A stretch of DNA of 64,000 nt. Source: Phoronis australis (taxonomy: Eukaryota > Animalia > Phoronida). The notes beneath the pieces are model-generated. The model did no database searches, had not been told where the DNA came from, and saw only the letters and a program-made list of their open reading frames with translations. Where the stretch lies: assembly GCA_002633005.1 (NCBI GenBank), contig NMRA01000557.1, positions 205,679 through 269,678 of the forward strand. Direction: 5' to 3'. Below, in pieces: positions 51,231 through 64,000 of the stretch. Both the position numbers and the translations under genes were made by a program. Position 1 is the first letter of the stretch. Every line of letters starts with the position of its first letter.

Positions 51231-54200
51231 CCTTGCGAAACTTCGGAGTCGTATGTTCAAAGGTAACGGCAACGATATATAGGATTACATGTACTGTACG
51301 TAAATGAGACAAATATGCCGTATGAAAAGAATCCTACGTTGCCGAGATTGGGCAACTCAACCGCTTTACTTACCACAAAATCTGCCGGTTCAGATTAAAG
51401 ACGCCATTCTGTCGTGGTTAATTAAATCGCATCAAGCTGCTGATGTTATCGTTTTTTTAGCTAATGAGACCATCCTTGAAAAAATGGGGGCACAATAGTA
51501 ATTTTAAGTTTTCGTTTTGAAAGTTTTTAAATGGCATATTTGAATAGTTCGCAAAAAGCATACACTGTACGTGATTAGGTTTTTGAATTTTGAAAAATTG
51601 GACAAGAAATATTTAATTCAAACCTACAACAAATGTTTAATATTGCAATGATATATTCCTCATTAGTTCTAATGGGTTTACAGGATAATTGGGCCAATAA
51701 CATAGTCACCAAGCAGCCCTTGGCTCTGAGGTAAGCCAAGTGCACTGGTACAATTCTTGGCATGCCGCAAAACAGGATTTTTGTTATTGAAAAGTCAATT
51801 TGCATTGGTACATTTCAATTCTTAAATAAATAAAAGAAACACTTCTGATGAAAAATTACACTGACCGTTTTCATAAACACTTGTAAACGGCTGGAGAACA
51901 TTTTTTTTACTTCGAAACCACCACTCATTATTTGTTTGAGAGAACGAATGAAGTGCACCATCTGAATGTTTTCTCCGATGACCGGATCGCCATGTGCATG
52001 TAGCAATAATTTCGATAATATCGCTGCCCAATTCCGGCTAAGCTTCGGTCAGTGCTGTCCCACTAGAGGCCAAAATTCGCCTTCAACGAACTTTCGGTAA
52101 GAGAAAGAGTTTGTCGCCAGTAGTTAATATGCAAAAGAAACTTTGTTGAAAATAGTATGATCTTAATTAACGAGATACGGTAAATTCTGTCGGACTTTGC
52201 CACCATCTCCTGTTCTCTCACATAAAACTATTTTTGGGTATTGTGGATCCACAATCTCAACTACTCCTGGTACTTTGCTGTGGGCAATCTCTCCCAGAAA
52301 AAGTTCCATGTTGGCAAATTGCTGTTCACAACTTAGCTTGGATTTCAAAATTAAAAAATGCTGTGAATCAAAATACACTGATTGCCAAAACCTAGTGAAA
52401 CCGGAACTGGTGTATCATAAAAGGAATTATCAATTAGTTGAATAATTAATTAGTGAGTACATGTGTAAATGCTAAGGAAACGTGATTAAATAGCTCATAA
52501 ATAATTTTATTGTTATAAATAAGCGTGTTAGCATCCTCTAACAATTATTACAGTAAATGGATCCAGGTCCCAACCCACACTGTCAAAACAAATCATAAAC
52601 TGGGACACACAATGTGCGCTATTTTGAACATGTGTCCTTAGGAACTGAGTGGATCTAGAAACACTTCAGCTGTGACCATATTGCTCATGACACTTCGTTC
52701 GACGATTGACCACAATGTAACTGACCCGTTTACTGCAACATTGTGTGAGAAGTGTGATTGAACATCTGTATAACCAAAGCAGATTGGGAAGTTTGATTGA
52801 ACATAGTGGCAAACCACAGTTTGGAAGCAAATACAATGATAAAGGATTTCTGCTATCATTTTAATAGCTCGAAACGTGATTTTGGTGGTTACATAATGTA
52901 ATATGTTACATTCAACCATGCAAAAATTATTCATAAAATTCTGACATCAGAGTATTTCTAAGCTCTAAGGCCACCTTGGTTAGCTTCAGTCACTTATTGG
53001 GATGCATGTAATGTTTTGCTCAACTTGAATGATTTAAAGTGCACAATAAACCTGTTGATGGTGCTTATTTCAATCTTTGTACGAAATTGGAAAAATATTT
53101 CACTTCGATTGGATTCATCGAACTAGTGTTTAGTTTACACATTCAAATAACAAATGACAATAAATGCAGTGAATAAACCAGAATCAGTTTGAATTATTTG
53201 GTTTAATATTGCATCACGCATTCTCTATATATGCGATCAATAATAGTGTGTGGCTAAAAGATACATGTATCTATCAAGAACATAAATATAAAGATACTAA
53301 AGGAATGTGACTTTGTGGAAAAAACTAATAAGTGTTATGGATGATAATGACATTTTATATCTAAACCATATTAGTTGTTTTTCCAAAAGACACATTTCTC
53401 AAAAGCATGTTTATAAAAAAGTTGGTCTTACGACAGTTTAAAGCTTAAAAGCTCACGAAAAAATCAAAAGGCATTGAAAGTTAGATTTTTATGCGTAATA
53501 TTTAAAAATTACATGTATTGAATAAATTATCTTGCCTTGTTCATTTTAGATAGTAATCGTTTCCTGATTCGGCTTCCATCAACTTTGGTAATATGACGCA
53601 AATTTTAATACGAAGTCACCATTTACAATTGAGATAATAATTCATGCCATTGTTTCAATGTCCACGTTCACCCCCTGGCAACTGTCGCCAACTTTAAACA
53701 AAAATCTACCATGATTTCGTTTCTTGTTCTCAATAGTATTCATTTACACTTGTGACGACTTATTATCGGATTTACACAGGCAAACATCATTGGTCAAATA
53801 GTTCGGGGCTTATGATATTGCTATGAATAGAGAATCCTACACTTGTCCCAGTTTCATGACATGGTCAATATCTCTTGGAAATTTCGTCAAAATCCCGATG
53901 CTTGTGATTATGACGAAATTTTCAAGAGGTTTGTTTTCTCACATGAACCGTAAAAGCGATTTTTGCCGAAAAAACTCAGCGTGTCTAAAACTTTCAACCA
54001 CATGACACCACTTTTGTAAATACACTCTTGCGCAATGTGAAGTAAACTTAACAAATGTAATTTGCATTCAGCTTTCGTAGCAAATATTATAGGTTATAAT
54101 CTAATAAATAGTTTTTGAAGTTGCAATATTAAAACTTGACAAATATTTATAAATAACCGTCAGCAAGACTTCCCCGCGCGTGAGCACTGAATTGATCATC

Positions 54201-54271
54201 AGACTGGCCCAGCCGGACTGTCTCACCGCATTCCTTGAGTTTGGGTTCGTCTTAGTTTAAATGAACGTGGA

Positions 54272-57200
54272 CAAAGATTTTATAGTACTAAGATTTCCGA
54301 CTTATGACCTAAATACGTCACAGCGTTACACGTAGCGCCACCTTCTGGAGGGCGCTCATACAACATAACAATGGATGACTGCAGTGGGTCGTCCGGTGAC
54401 AAAAAACTTAAGAGGCACGATGTGTTCGGCTGCCAATTGCAGTTTTAGAAACACAGACGAAGAAAAGCGTTCTTTCTTTCGCTTGCCTAAAGATAAGGAG
54501 AGGTAAGTTTATATTCATTTCACATTTCATACCACCGGTGTCAAGTAAGTGCTTGTGATCCGTGAACACGGCCTAGGCTAGTAGGCTGCATGGTACGGAC
54601 TCTGAAGGTCTTCCTACTTGAAAATAGGCATAGTTACTAGTAGTTGACAATACCGATACCTGCGTCCGGACTCGATTCAAGTAATGAATTATACTATTTT
54701 TCTGCCAGGAATGTCATCAAATGCAAATGAACTAGTGTCTCTGTGTTTAGTTGAAGAAGACTTTGTGTGTACAGATTGTGTGTCCAGACACTTCAGGTTA
54801 CACACCGTTACAGGGTCAGTGTTCTGGTCTGGCCTTGTTGGCTGGGTGAAAACTGTGGTGAGATAACACTTTATAGGCCAGGCTTATTGGGGAATGTTTG
54901 CAAGCATGCACTATGTAATGTTATTTTGGTTGGCATTTACAATATTTCTCAGTGTATGGTTCAATTTTAGATGTGCACGCTGGGTGCAGAATATTCGTAG
55001 ATCAGACCTAGTAGGGAAATCCTCAGAACAGCTACGTAACCTACGACTGTGTAGTAGCCACTTTGAAGACAACCAATTCACTAATCATCTAAGGTAAGAA
55101 AAAGTATTAGTGATTTAGTGTAAACAGTCTGATTTTAGGTAAAGTATCTAGCTCCCAGGCAGTACTACTCTGCACACTCTGGATAAGTGTTCCTCAGGCT
55201 ATCTTGCTGCAAAAGTATCCTGTCATGGAACAGGTATTATTTGGCCAACGTCTGTATAATCCCTTCTTTAGAACATTATAGTGACTATAGAACGTTGTTT
55301 TGTGACATATTCTACTGTACCCAGACAATTTTGTGTGTTGCACACTCCAGAATATGGTTACATTTATTGTGTTTAGAAATCGCTTGAACTGGAATGCTGT
55401 CCCAACCATATTCAATGTGCCAAACCCTCCGCTCTCTATTGTCTGCAAAAGGAAGGCACCAGCACAGAGAATGGAACTACCTATGAAGAAAATCAAGAAG
55501 GTTGCTCCACATTTAAGCTCCGGTTTGTCACTTTGTGTTGCATTGCTTGTAGTTTGTGCATGCAGCTGACCATAGGCGCCGCCTATGGTTTGCATACTCT
55601 AATTAATCTAAAGTCCATCATCTGTAACCTGTTCATGCTGTTTTACAGAGTGAGTTGTATTTACAAATTGTAAAAGAAAAAATGAACAACTGTCCTCATC
55701 CAGTACTACTTTATTGACATATGGCTTGTTGTCTGACTGTCATTTTGATTGTCACAGTTTTGTGTTATGCTCTGTTGAATTGGTTTGTATTGCTTATAAC
55801 CTGTGTGCTGACCTTTACCACTCATATCCTAAGCATCCTTTAAAGCCTGTGTGAAATCAGATTATGTGTGCTGTGTTGCCATGAACATTTTTCATTTTCT
55901 AACAATTTCCATGCTTGGATTATATAGAGGTAAACGGTTTGCTTATACTTGCTTAATCATTCCATAATCTTGGTTATCGTGTCTTTCTGTGTGCTTATCC
56001 TGTTTGTTACGAATGTCTTAAAAAAGTACTTAAACTTGTTTCTCAAATATGCACTTGCTATACACCACAACCTGGAAGTACTTAACAATGTGCAAATTGG
56101 TCACAGTTTGTCTGGCACAACTCACTTTGAAATATAACTTCTGTGTGGCAGTATATGACTATGTAACATCACAATTGCTGTAAAAGGTACTATTTTATTA
56201 TTACTGTGGTTTTTAAATTGCAAAACTTGAAAAACAAGGACTGGCTTGAACCTGTTAAACTGTTTTAAATGTGATTTTGGAAAACTTTGAGGATTAACAT
56301 TTACCCTGAGATATAGTTTGAGTTCAATGCCTAGGGATTTGTATTGATGTCATTGACTTTATATGGAATGGTCAATAGTCTGAAGTAGACTGATTATATA
56401 CAGTATAAGTGGAAAACTTTTCTTGGTAACATTTTCTTTGTATCGGTTGGGCGTGTATGTTCCCTCGAACCTCATACATTATCCCTTGTAACTATTGATA
56501 TGTAGGCAAGATCAAATTTGTTGTTATTTATATTGCAGTTATTCCAAAACATTAGTACTGTAGAAGTGCTAGGTCTCGTGGCTGAGGTCTCTGTATTATT
56601 TCATGTATTGACATGTATTGTAAAATGTATTATAAACATTGTTTTCATACAATTCACCAATTGTGTGTTAAAATTACAATGATTGTAATGTGTTTTGAAC
56701 TGATGTGTTTCAAAGTTGGAATAAAAAATAATATTGATCTACATGCTCTTATTTATTATTACTCTTCCTTTCTTTATGCAGTGAGTATTATTTATTATTC
56801 AAATTTATTTTATTCCGTGGCTTTCAGCAACAAAACTATGAATATTACGTAATATATGATGATATATTATGCTAAAATATATAAATTAGTGTTGTATTTA
56901 TTTGATTCTGTTGCTGTAGTTAGAAAACTATGTGAAAAATGTCATTCAACTGAATTCAGGGGGTTGCTTCCATACCAGTCTTAGCCCTGGCAGAGTCGCA
57001 GTTAATTACAGTTAAATATTATCATAATTGCATAAATTTCCACATAAATGCAAATGATGATTCCTCAAGATTGATATGGCATTGTTTTGTATTGCTATGC
57101 CTACAAAGGGATCTGAAAATTTTTTTTGTTCATTTGAAATGCCTTTTGCTTTCATTCTAATGTTATTAGATCACAATAATTATCGTATTGGCCATAACAT

Positions 57201-57434
57201 CATCAATAATTATGTTTTCCTCAAGTAAATTATAAGTATAATTCATCAAAATTGGTTTTATGTCTAAAAAACTTGTTTTTATTCATGTTAGTTGCAATCT
57301 TCAGCTCAAGTCTCAGATCTGGTTTGAGGGTCTCCGAATACAACTTGGTCTCCACCTAATAGGTGGCGCTGTTCCAAAGTGTGTGACTAGGCAAAGTACA
57401 TTAGGACGGCCATCTTGGGGATATAGTATCTTTG
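54272..57434 (+). mobile_element. P-superfamily DNA transposon, non-autonomous (THAP only)
   Basis: Perfect 7-bp TSD ACGTGGA (54265-54271 and 57435-57441); termini CAAAGATTTTATAGTACTAAGAT and reverse-complemented CAAAGATACTATATCCCCAAGAT; inverted subterminal AGCGCCACC/GGTGGCGCT motifs; THAP gene inside. Confidence 0.9.
54420..55500 (+). CDS. Spliced THAP zinc-finger protein (exons 54420-54502, 54971-55093, 55377 to about 55500)
   Basis: MCSAANCSFRNTDEEKRSFFRLPKDKER|CARWVQNIRRSDLVGKSSEQLRNLRLCSSHFEDNQFTNHLR|NRLNWNAVPTIFNVPNPP...KRKAP...KKIKK: complete C2CH + AVPTIF, canonical GT-AG phase-2 introns, no stops. Confidence 0.85.
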
Positions 57435-59501
57435 ACGTGGATATGGAATTCGCTGCCGAAGATGGGTCTGTTTAAGAAGTTGTTTTTATGTCCTTCCGAC
57501 TGGGAGTTGCGGCATCCGATTTGTCAATAATAACATTGTTACCGTCACGAAATTCCGGTATTAGTTGATTGACGTGCGCTTGAGTGTTTTGCAGACGATT
57601 ACTTCTTTGCACTACTTCGTGATTTGCCCATGTAATATTAAAAAAATACGTACTCAGTGTTATCAACCAGTCGTGTGGGAACACATTACAGGTCATTTGA
57701 GAAAAATATATATGCTGTTACAAGAATATCTAGGCCCGTAGCAACAAAAAGTTATTGGAGGGCACAAACCAATTTGACCTCGCCAACCTACCCCTTGCTT
57801 TCTTCACCCCTCTCACCGTTCTTTGAATGTAACTATATTTGTACCGAGCCCCACCCCCCACGTCCGGCAAAGGTGGTGGTAACACCGGAGATACATTCAT
57901 CAGGAATTGGGTAACCGTGAACCAACAAAGATTCACGGAGAATAAGAATGGGTCTAGGCCCCAAGCTTACTGACGGGTAGCTGGGAGCTGCCTCAAGTAA
58001 TTATAGGTTTATCGAAAGTCAAGGTTCCTTTTATCATGATCCAGTTTCGGAAAAACTTCATTTCACTATGGCGATTCTGTGAAGTAATTTTTGGAAAGAT
58101 TAGCTCCCGAGTTGCCTGATATCAGTGACGTTGTGGCCGTTTCAGAATCCCTCGAAACTCGGCCGGTAGTCCAGTTTCTGGTTGCTTGGGAAAATGGTAC
58201 AGAGTTTGTCACAAAAATGTACACACTTCAACGTCTGGAGTTCAAATTCACTTCCCTTGTGTAACTGAGATTCTAAGCAAGTCTACTGCATGGTTACACC
58301 TTATTTTTAACGTGGGTGTGGCTCTCATGACGTGCTCCATGCATGCTCGCACATATTTCTCTCAAGTGATATACAATTCGAGAAAAAAGTGACAGTTGTC
58401 TCCGTTATCCCTTGCCAGAGAGGTGCCTCTGGAAAAATATAGTTTTGCAGTCGCAAAATTTGCGAACTGAATATAAAAATCCAGTAAATTAATACGCTCC
58501 ACAAAAGCTTCACTTTACAAATTTTATCGATTTTTCGAAATATATGCATGAAGCATTTCGTGTTCGCTTCCAAGTGAATTTAGACGACCTGAGCAACGAA
58601 AGCGCTGACTGCAACAACAATGTCCTTCCCAAGGTTCTCTGCATTGATACAGAGATGTTAAATATGCTCTTGAGTTGTCTTTCTTATCCGCATTTAGTAG
58701 CCTTTCTTTTCTCGACTGTACCCTTCCCACGACTATGTCGGTTGTCACGGTTTAACCTTGACGCCCTGAAATCATCAAGTTCTAAGCGGTGTATGAATGA
58801 ATCTAAAAAGCTTGAAAATAATATACCGGGTTAGATTCAATAAAAATTGCTACCACCTCCACATCAACTGATTATTTTGTAAAATTATAAATTCTGGGTG
58901 TAGAAAAATCGGTCTGATGTCATTCCCTGTTTCTGTGCTAAATTTCATTTATGGAATGTGGAGACAGTTAATGGCTTGTGGCTGCAATTACAGTTCCAAT
59001 GTTTACTATTACATCAAAGCAGTTGGATAGCTGAACTGCTGTAGGTACATGTAGAGACCAGGGGGGCTTAGGTCACATGAACTCAAAGGAATTTTCAACC
59101 TATGCTTGTTGGGATAAAGCCAAGACAGGACTGGGAGAAATACGGTTGTTATTAATTCTGAGCACAAAATGCGGGGGCATATGGAATGGTGCTCGTCTTC
59201 GATAAGGAACAAAGGCGAAACTGCCTACCAATCTGTGTACGTCGGCCAAATTAAATTCTAAGTTTGTGGTTAGAACACCGTAGTTGTGTCGTCCAGAGAA
59301 TTACAACGGCATCGAGTATGAGAATTTTTTTGTTGGGATAGAAGTTACAGTCGTACATGTACATGTAAACGCAGTTTAATTATTAGTAAATTCATTATCA
59401 GTATCATATTTATTACATATCACTCTCGATAAAGTACTTCTGATTACAACAACAAAATTAATAATAATAATAATAATAAAAGTAATAATAATAATATCAA
59501 T

Positions 59502-60757
59502 AACAACTAGAAAGATTATTGTCACGGCGTGACAATAATGGACTGTGCCCGTGCATATTACTGGAATTACTATGGGAAGTTACTGACAGCAACCCGTTTA
59601 CCAATATGAAAAGGAATTCTTTAAAATTGTAAGAGAAATTACATATTAATTTTTGATGACCTTTATACTAATTGACCTCTTCTGGTGCATTATGAGCCCC
59701 GATGAGGGAGTAATTGTTAACTCAATTAAAAGTGTGGTTAATGCTAATAATCACATATGTTTTACTTTATGCACTTCAGAATACAAGATGAATAAAGTGG
59801 TCAAACTTTCAGAAGAAAAATGCACCTAATGACCCCATGGGTGCACCAAATGACCTGAAAATTTAGAATTCAAACCCAATCGTACTTAGTAAACCGATAC
59901 GAAATTCTGAAGTCTAGCTAAAAATTTTAGTTTGCACTCAATGACCTTTGACCTATTTTTCTGATTGGTTAGGCCTATTGCAAAGTAAAGTAGGGTATTC
60001 AATTGGCATGTTGGCTTACACCAGTGTGCTGAAATTGAAAAGAATTCCTTGAAAAACGTAAGAAATATAACATTTTGAACGTTACATGATCTTTGCACTA
60101 ATTGACCTTATCCGGTGCATTTTAAGCATCTTTAGGAGAATTATTGCAAAGCCCATGGAAAATTTGTTTAACGCTGAGAATCACAGTTGTCTAACGGTTG
60201 ACACTTCAGAATACTTGCGGATTGAAAAGGTAAAATTTTCAGAAGAAAAATGCACCTAGTGACCCCATGTTTGCACTAAATGACCTGAAACTTTGTATTC
60301 CGATTTGATTTAGGTGTGGCAATCAGACCTGTCATTTTGAAGTGTCTAGCTCAAAATTTTTGTTTGCACCTACTGACCTTTGACCTATTTCACCTGATTG
60401 GATGACCCGATTTCTTAGAAAAGTAACTATTTACATTGACATGTGGACTTATACCTGTGCACTGAATTTGAAAAAGATAGCTTTCAAACTGAAGGAGGAG
60501 TAGCATTTTGAAAATTATATGACCTTTGCACCAAACGACCTCTTCCGGTGCAATATGGAATATGATTATATAACCAATCAAAATTTATATACTGTCAAAA
60601 GTCATATGCCGAATTTAAAGACCGTACCTCCACCCAATTTGGAGATATTAAGCCTCAAATTTGGTCCGAAGAAGAATAAGAAGAATAAGAAGAATAAGAA
60701 TAAAATTGAAGAAAACCCAGGAACAACAGTACTCTGCGCTTACACGCGCAGAGTAAT
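59502..60757. mobile_element. Helentron-associated (HINE/DINE-like) non-autonomous element with internal ~430-bp tandem repeats
   Basis: Terminal palindrome ATTATTGTCACG-G-CGTGACAATAAT (59515-59539), opposite-end hairpin TACTCTGCGC/GCGCAGAGTA (60730-60755), (AAGAAGAAT)n microsatellite and TGACCTTTGACC-rich repeats; inserted in an (AAT)n tract. Confidence 0.7.
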
Positions 60758-61037
60758 AATAATAATAAGGTTTATTGATGAAATACATGAATTACGGAAT
60801 TGCAGCACGCGTTTGCCAAATAATGTACAACATGGTTGTCATGAGGTTCGAATAAATTATAAGAAAAATAAATGACGTCTTACCAGACGTAAAATCTAGT
60901 GACATTAGGATTTCATTCAAATTGTATGTGCACTCTAATTTTTCACTCCTTAATGCACTTCAGTAAAATATTCGTACTTGTACTAGGAATTTTTTCCAAT
61001 TACAACTGTTACACCGTCTTGCAAACTAATAATTGAT

Positions 61038-61279
61038 TTATATTTTGGTGTACACAACACACAGCGAATGGACTGGACCTACAGTGGACGGGATACCACA
61101 AGACCTGTACTTTAAGTAGCAGCCGACTCCCTTGTACACAACAAACGCCGCGCAGTTACCATCGTTGTTGCACGCTTGCGCACAGGAATCTAGAGTGTAG
61201 TCAATGATTTCACGCATTAAATTTCCCACACAGTCTCCGCACTTGACATCATAACCAGACACTTCGATGGGGATGCAAA
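61038..61279 (-). CDS. Secreted PAN/Apple-like protein copy B, exon 2
   Basis: VCIPIEVSGYDVKCGDCVGNLMREI...CAQACNNDGNCAAF...CYLKYRSC...CVVYTKI*; acceptor ttttttag|TT is phase 1; paralog of 1853-2091. Confidence 0.75.
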
Positions 61280-61809
61280 CTAAAAAAGAAGATGTACTTG
61301 TATACATGTACTGTATTGTTTATTGTTTCGTGTAAATTGTAAATACCCCTGCTACAGAAAATGAAAAAACTTAATCGAAAAAAAAGAAAAAAAAGAAGAT
61401 ATATATATATATATAGATACATATATGTATATATATAAGTGTGAAAATAATAATCGAAATTTCTGAACTGATAAGGTTGCCTTTTTAAAGCGTCGATAAA
61501 ACCGCGTGCATTCAAATTCACGAACCCGTTAATATAGAAAACATGCCGCTGTACTATTTTAAATTATTATGCACCCAGACCGACAAAAGTGGTTTCTCAA
61601 TTTGAGACCAATTTCATAACGGAATGTATTCAAAAACAAAAGTTGATTCCTGTGATGGAAAAGCAATTTCATAGCCACTTTAACTGTAAGCTTCCAAAAT
61701 TAGTCTCATTCACACAAATTGATACAGTTGGATGAGATTTACTTAATATGCATCCTGGCAGTATTCATTTAACTCTTGGGTTTGCGGTTTCAAGTACGTG
61801 GCATCATAC

Positions 61810-62176
61810 CTTCCGGTGTGCAGCTTCCTGGAACGAATATTCTTTTCTCATAATAATTCCACTCAGCCTCAATTAGTTGTTGCTCTTCTCCGGTGACCTG
61901 CAGGTAGTAATTGATCCTGAACATGCGACATTCCCTACGCTGTATGGAATAGGCAAAAGCATCGCACATCTTTTCAGTAAAACATGCAGATGTGCACCTG
62001 AGTGGCCGTGTTATGAAGCTTGAGAATATCTCCGTATTTTTAGCGACTATTCCTCCTTTAAGTTGGAAGAACTGACCACAAGTTTCACCGTGGGATGGAG
62101 CAATAAATCAAATCAAAATGAAGAAAACGTTGACTGAACAAATACATAAAAAATCCATGCTGAGCTTGAAATCCAT
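61810..62176 (-). pseudogene. PAN/Apple-like protein copy B, exon 1, with an in-frame TGA at 62110-62108
   Basis: MDFKLSMDFLCICSVNVFFILI*FIAPSHGETCGQFFQLKGG...CTSACFTEKMCDAFAYSIQRRECRMFRINYY...EAEWNYYEKRIFVPGSCTPEG|gtatga; otherwise collinear with copy A exon 1. Confidence 0.75.
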
Positions 62177-64000
62177 ATTGTGAACGCAAGAACAGAAATG
62201 CACACTCTCAATACACAAACAAAATCCTCGTGCGAAACTGACGGTAAACTTCCCGAAGCTTCGATTTCTCTTGAGGGATTTTAAGGCCTGCCACATGACC
62301 ATAGTTTTGACGATCAGAATTCAAACAATAATTCAAGGACTGTGACTCCTGACAAAGGTATTTGAAACACAAAAGGTAACCAAGCAACCTTTAATATTGA
62401 CCACGTCAAATCCCGACGGAGAAACAAAGGGTTGTATTGGGCGTAGATTGAGACCGTAAAACAAAATCAATATAGCGTGTTTGTCAGAGACTTTTGACAT
62501 AACATGCTTTCTTTGCTCTAGACAATTAACGGAAATAGCTTTTTGAATGAAGACCAACAGACATATTAATTTATTTAAAGTCCTTATCTTAAACTGCCAA
62601 TGTGGCTCCAGTATCCGAAATTAGTTTAAGTCCAAGAAGCACACGTCGTTAACCCTTATTACATGGTTAGATGATGTTATATGGATCCAACAAGTACCTA
62701 CCCCATAACTTATACACAATCCGTAATAGAATAAAGATTAAATAAATGTGCCACTCAGGATTCCGACCTGAAGAACACAAGGCAATTTTGAAATTAGCGC
62801 GAAAAGGAAATACAAGTCATTCAGGGACCCAGGCGTGCGTTCAGTAACGCTAGGACCTACGCTAGGACCTAGCTTAAAAGCATGGTCTCGCAAGACTTTG
62901 CAAAATCACGCAAGTACATTGTTCAAAGCGTGTGTTTCGCTAGTATGCTCTGAAGCATACTAGCCAATCCTAGCAAAATGGCGGATAGTGAAGGGTAAGC
63001 CGATGATTTTCGTTCGTTTTTCGAAAATTTTCGGCCAATTGTTGACTGAAGCACCAGTTAAGGCACGTGTGTTAAACAAAATGTAACACTGTTGAGTTTG
63101 TCTGTTGTAGTTCCCATCAGATTTGTATTTGATTGAGCAAAATGATACATAAATGTCATTCGTATCAAAATACCTGTGTCGTCTGCTCCAAATAGCAAGC
63201 ACGAGTTCTCGGACTCTCTTAGGCCAGTATGTCCCTGCAGCTATACGACTACACTACACGACCAATGTACGCGGAAGTGTTTTTTTTTACATTTCAGCAG
63301 ACGCCCAATTAGATGCACCATCCTACTAGTATTATGGCAAAATTTATTTCTGTGTCATTTTTACTATTTATATGAGTCTTGTACAGTAATCTTGTTGGCG
63401 GACAAGCAAGGGGACCTAAACGCGCCTAAAAGCTTAGAACGAACTTTATTGCCATTTTTGGTCGCATATCATTGGTCGCTAAGACATTTATTTTGGGTAC
63501 AAAATTTTGTCAACTATTTTGTACTTTCCAAACACATTTCAAAGTAAAAACCTAACTGGTGTTTGTCACTCACAGTAAGACAGTAAGTACTGATGGTAAC
63601 GAGCAAGTAAAGGCAAAGGCGGATCTACAGGTGGGTTCAGGGGGTTCAAACCCCCCTTCCTCAGGACAGCGTCAAAATTAAAATTAAAAATTAAAAAAAA
63701 TCACAAAATGAAATAATCTATTAAAAACGACAAAAAATATTACACGGTAGAGGAAAACCCCCTCCCGACCTTCCTTCCGCTTGGCGCTACGCGCGTCGGA
63801 TTCGCTACTTTCAGGCATTGGCAAACAGTCACCATCACTTACCTAGATGGCCTTATTCTTAAATTTAAATTCGATATGTTCATTGCAGAGAGGGTGACAG
63901 CAGGAAGTATGTTATTACGTTAAATCAAATGCCTTTTTCCTGCAGCTTGTCACTTCAATTGTAATGAATGATTATTATACTAATCTGGGAATTTTTTTTT

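Noticed and set aside
62108-62110. Selenocysteine codon
   Set aside because: It aligns with Leu in the paralog's signal peptide, not Cys, and no SECIS was recognised.

Overview
AT-rich eukaryotic (animal, probably invertebrate) genomic DNA with spliceosomal introns and a very high density of mostly decayed transposons; there are no prokaryotic operons, rRNA genes or true CRISPR arrays. The window is bracketed by two paralogous two-exon minus-strand genes for a small secreted protein with two PAN/Apple-like Cys domains. Copy A (6350-6002 + 2091-1853) is intact; copy B (62176-61810 + 61279-61038) has an in-frame TGA in its signal peptide. Between them lie several elements. A TTAA-flanked Kolobok transposon (19092-23795) carries convergent THAP and P2X7-ballast-like (KolX) pseudogenes and splits a BTB/BACK reading frame in frame. 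Two ~5.1-kb TA-flanked TIR elements in inverted orientation form a ~12.6-kb foldback (24087-36732) and carry a decayed unknown ORF. A ~110-bp-period array (about 48.0-50.7 kb) has a strongly conserved core with a CTCF-consensus-like motif. A P-superfamily element with 7-bp TSD (54272-57434) encodes an intact spliced THAP domain but no visible transposase. There are also P-type and TACATGTA excision footprints, SWIM/YqaJ, THAP and RLE-LINE relics, tRNA-derived SINE heads, MITEs and a Helentron-like (HINE) insertion. All assignments were made by eye from motifs; no database searches were run.
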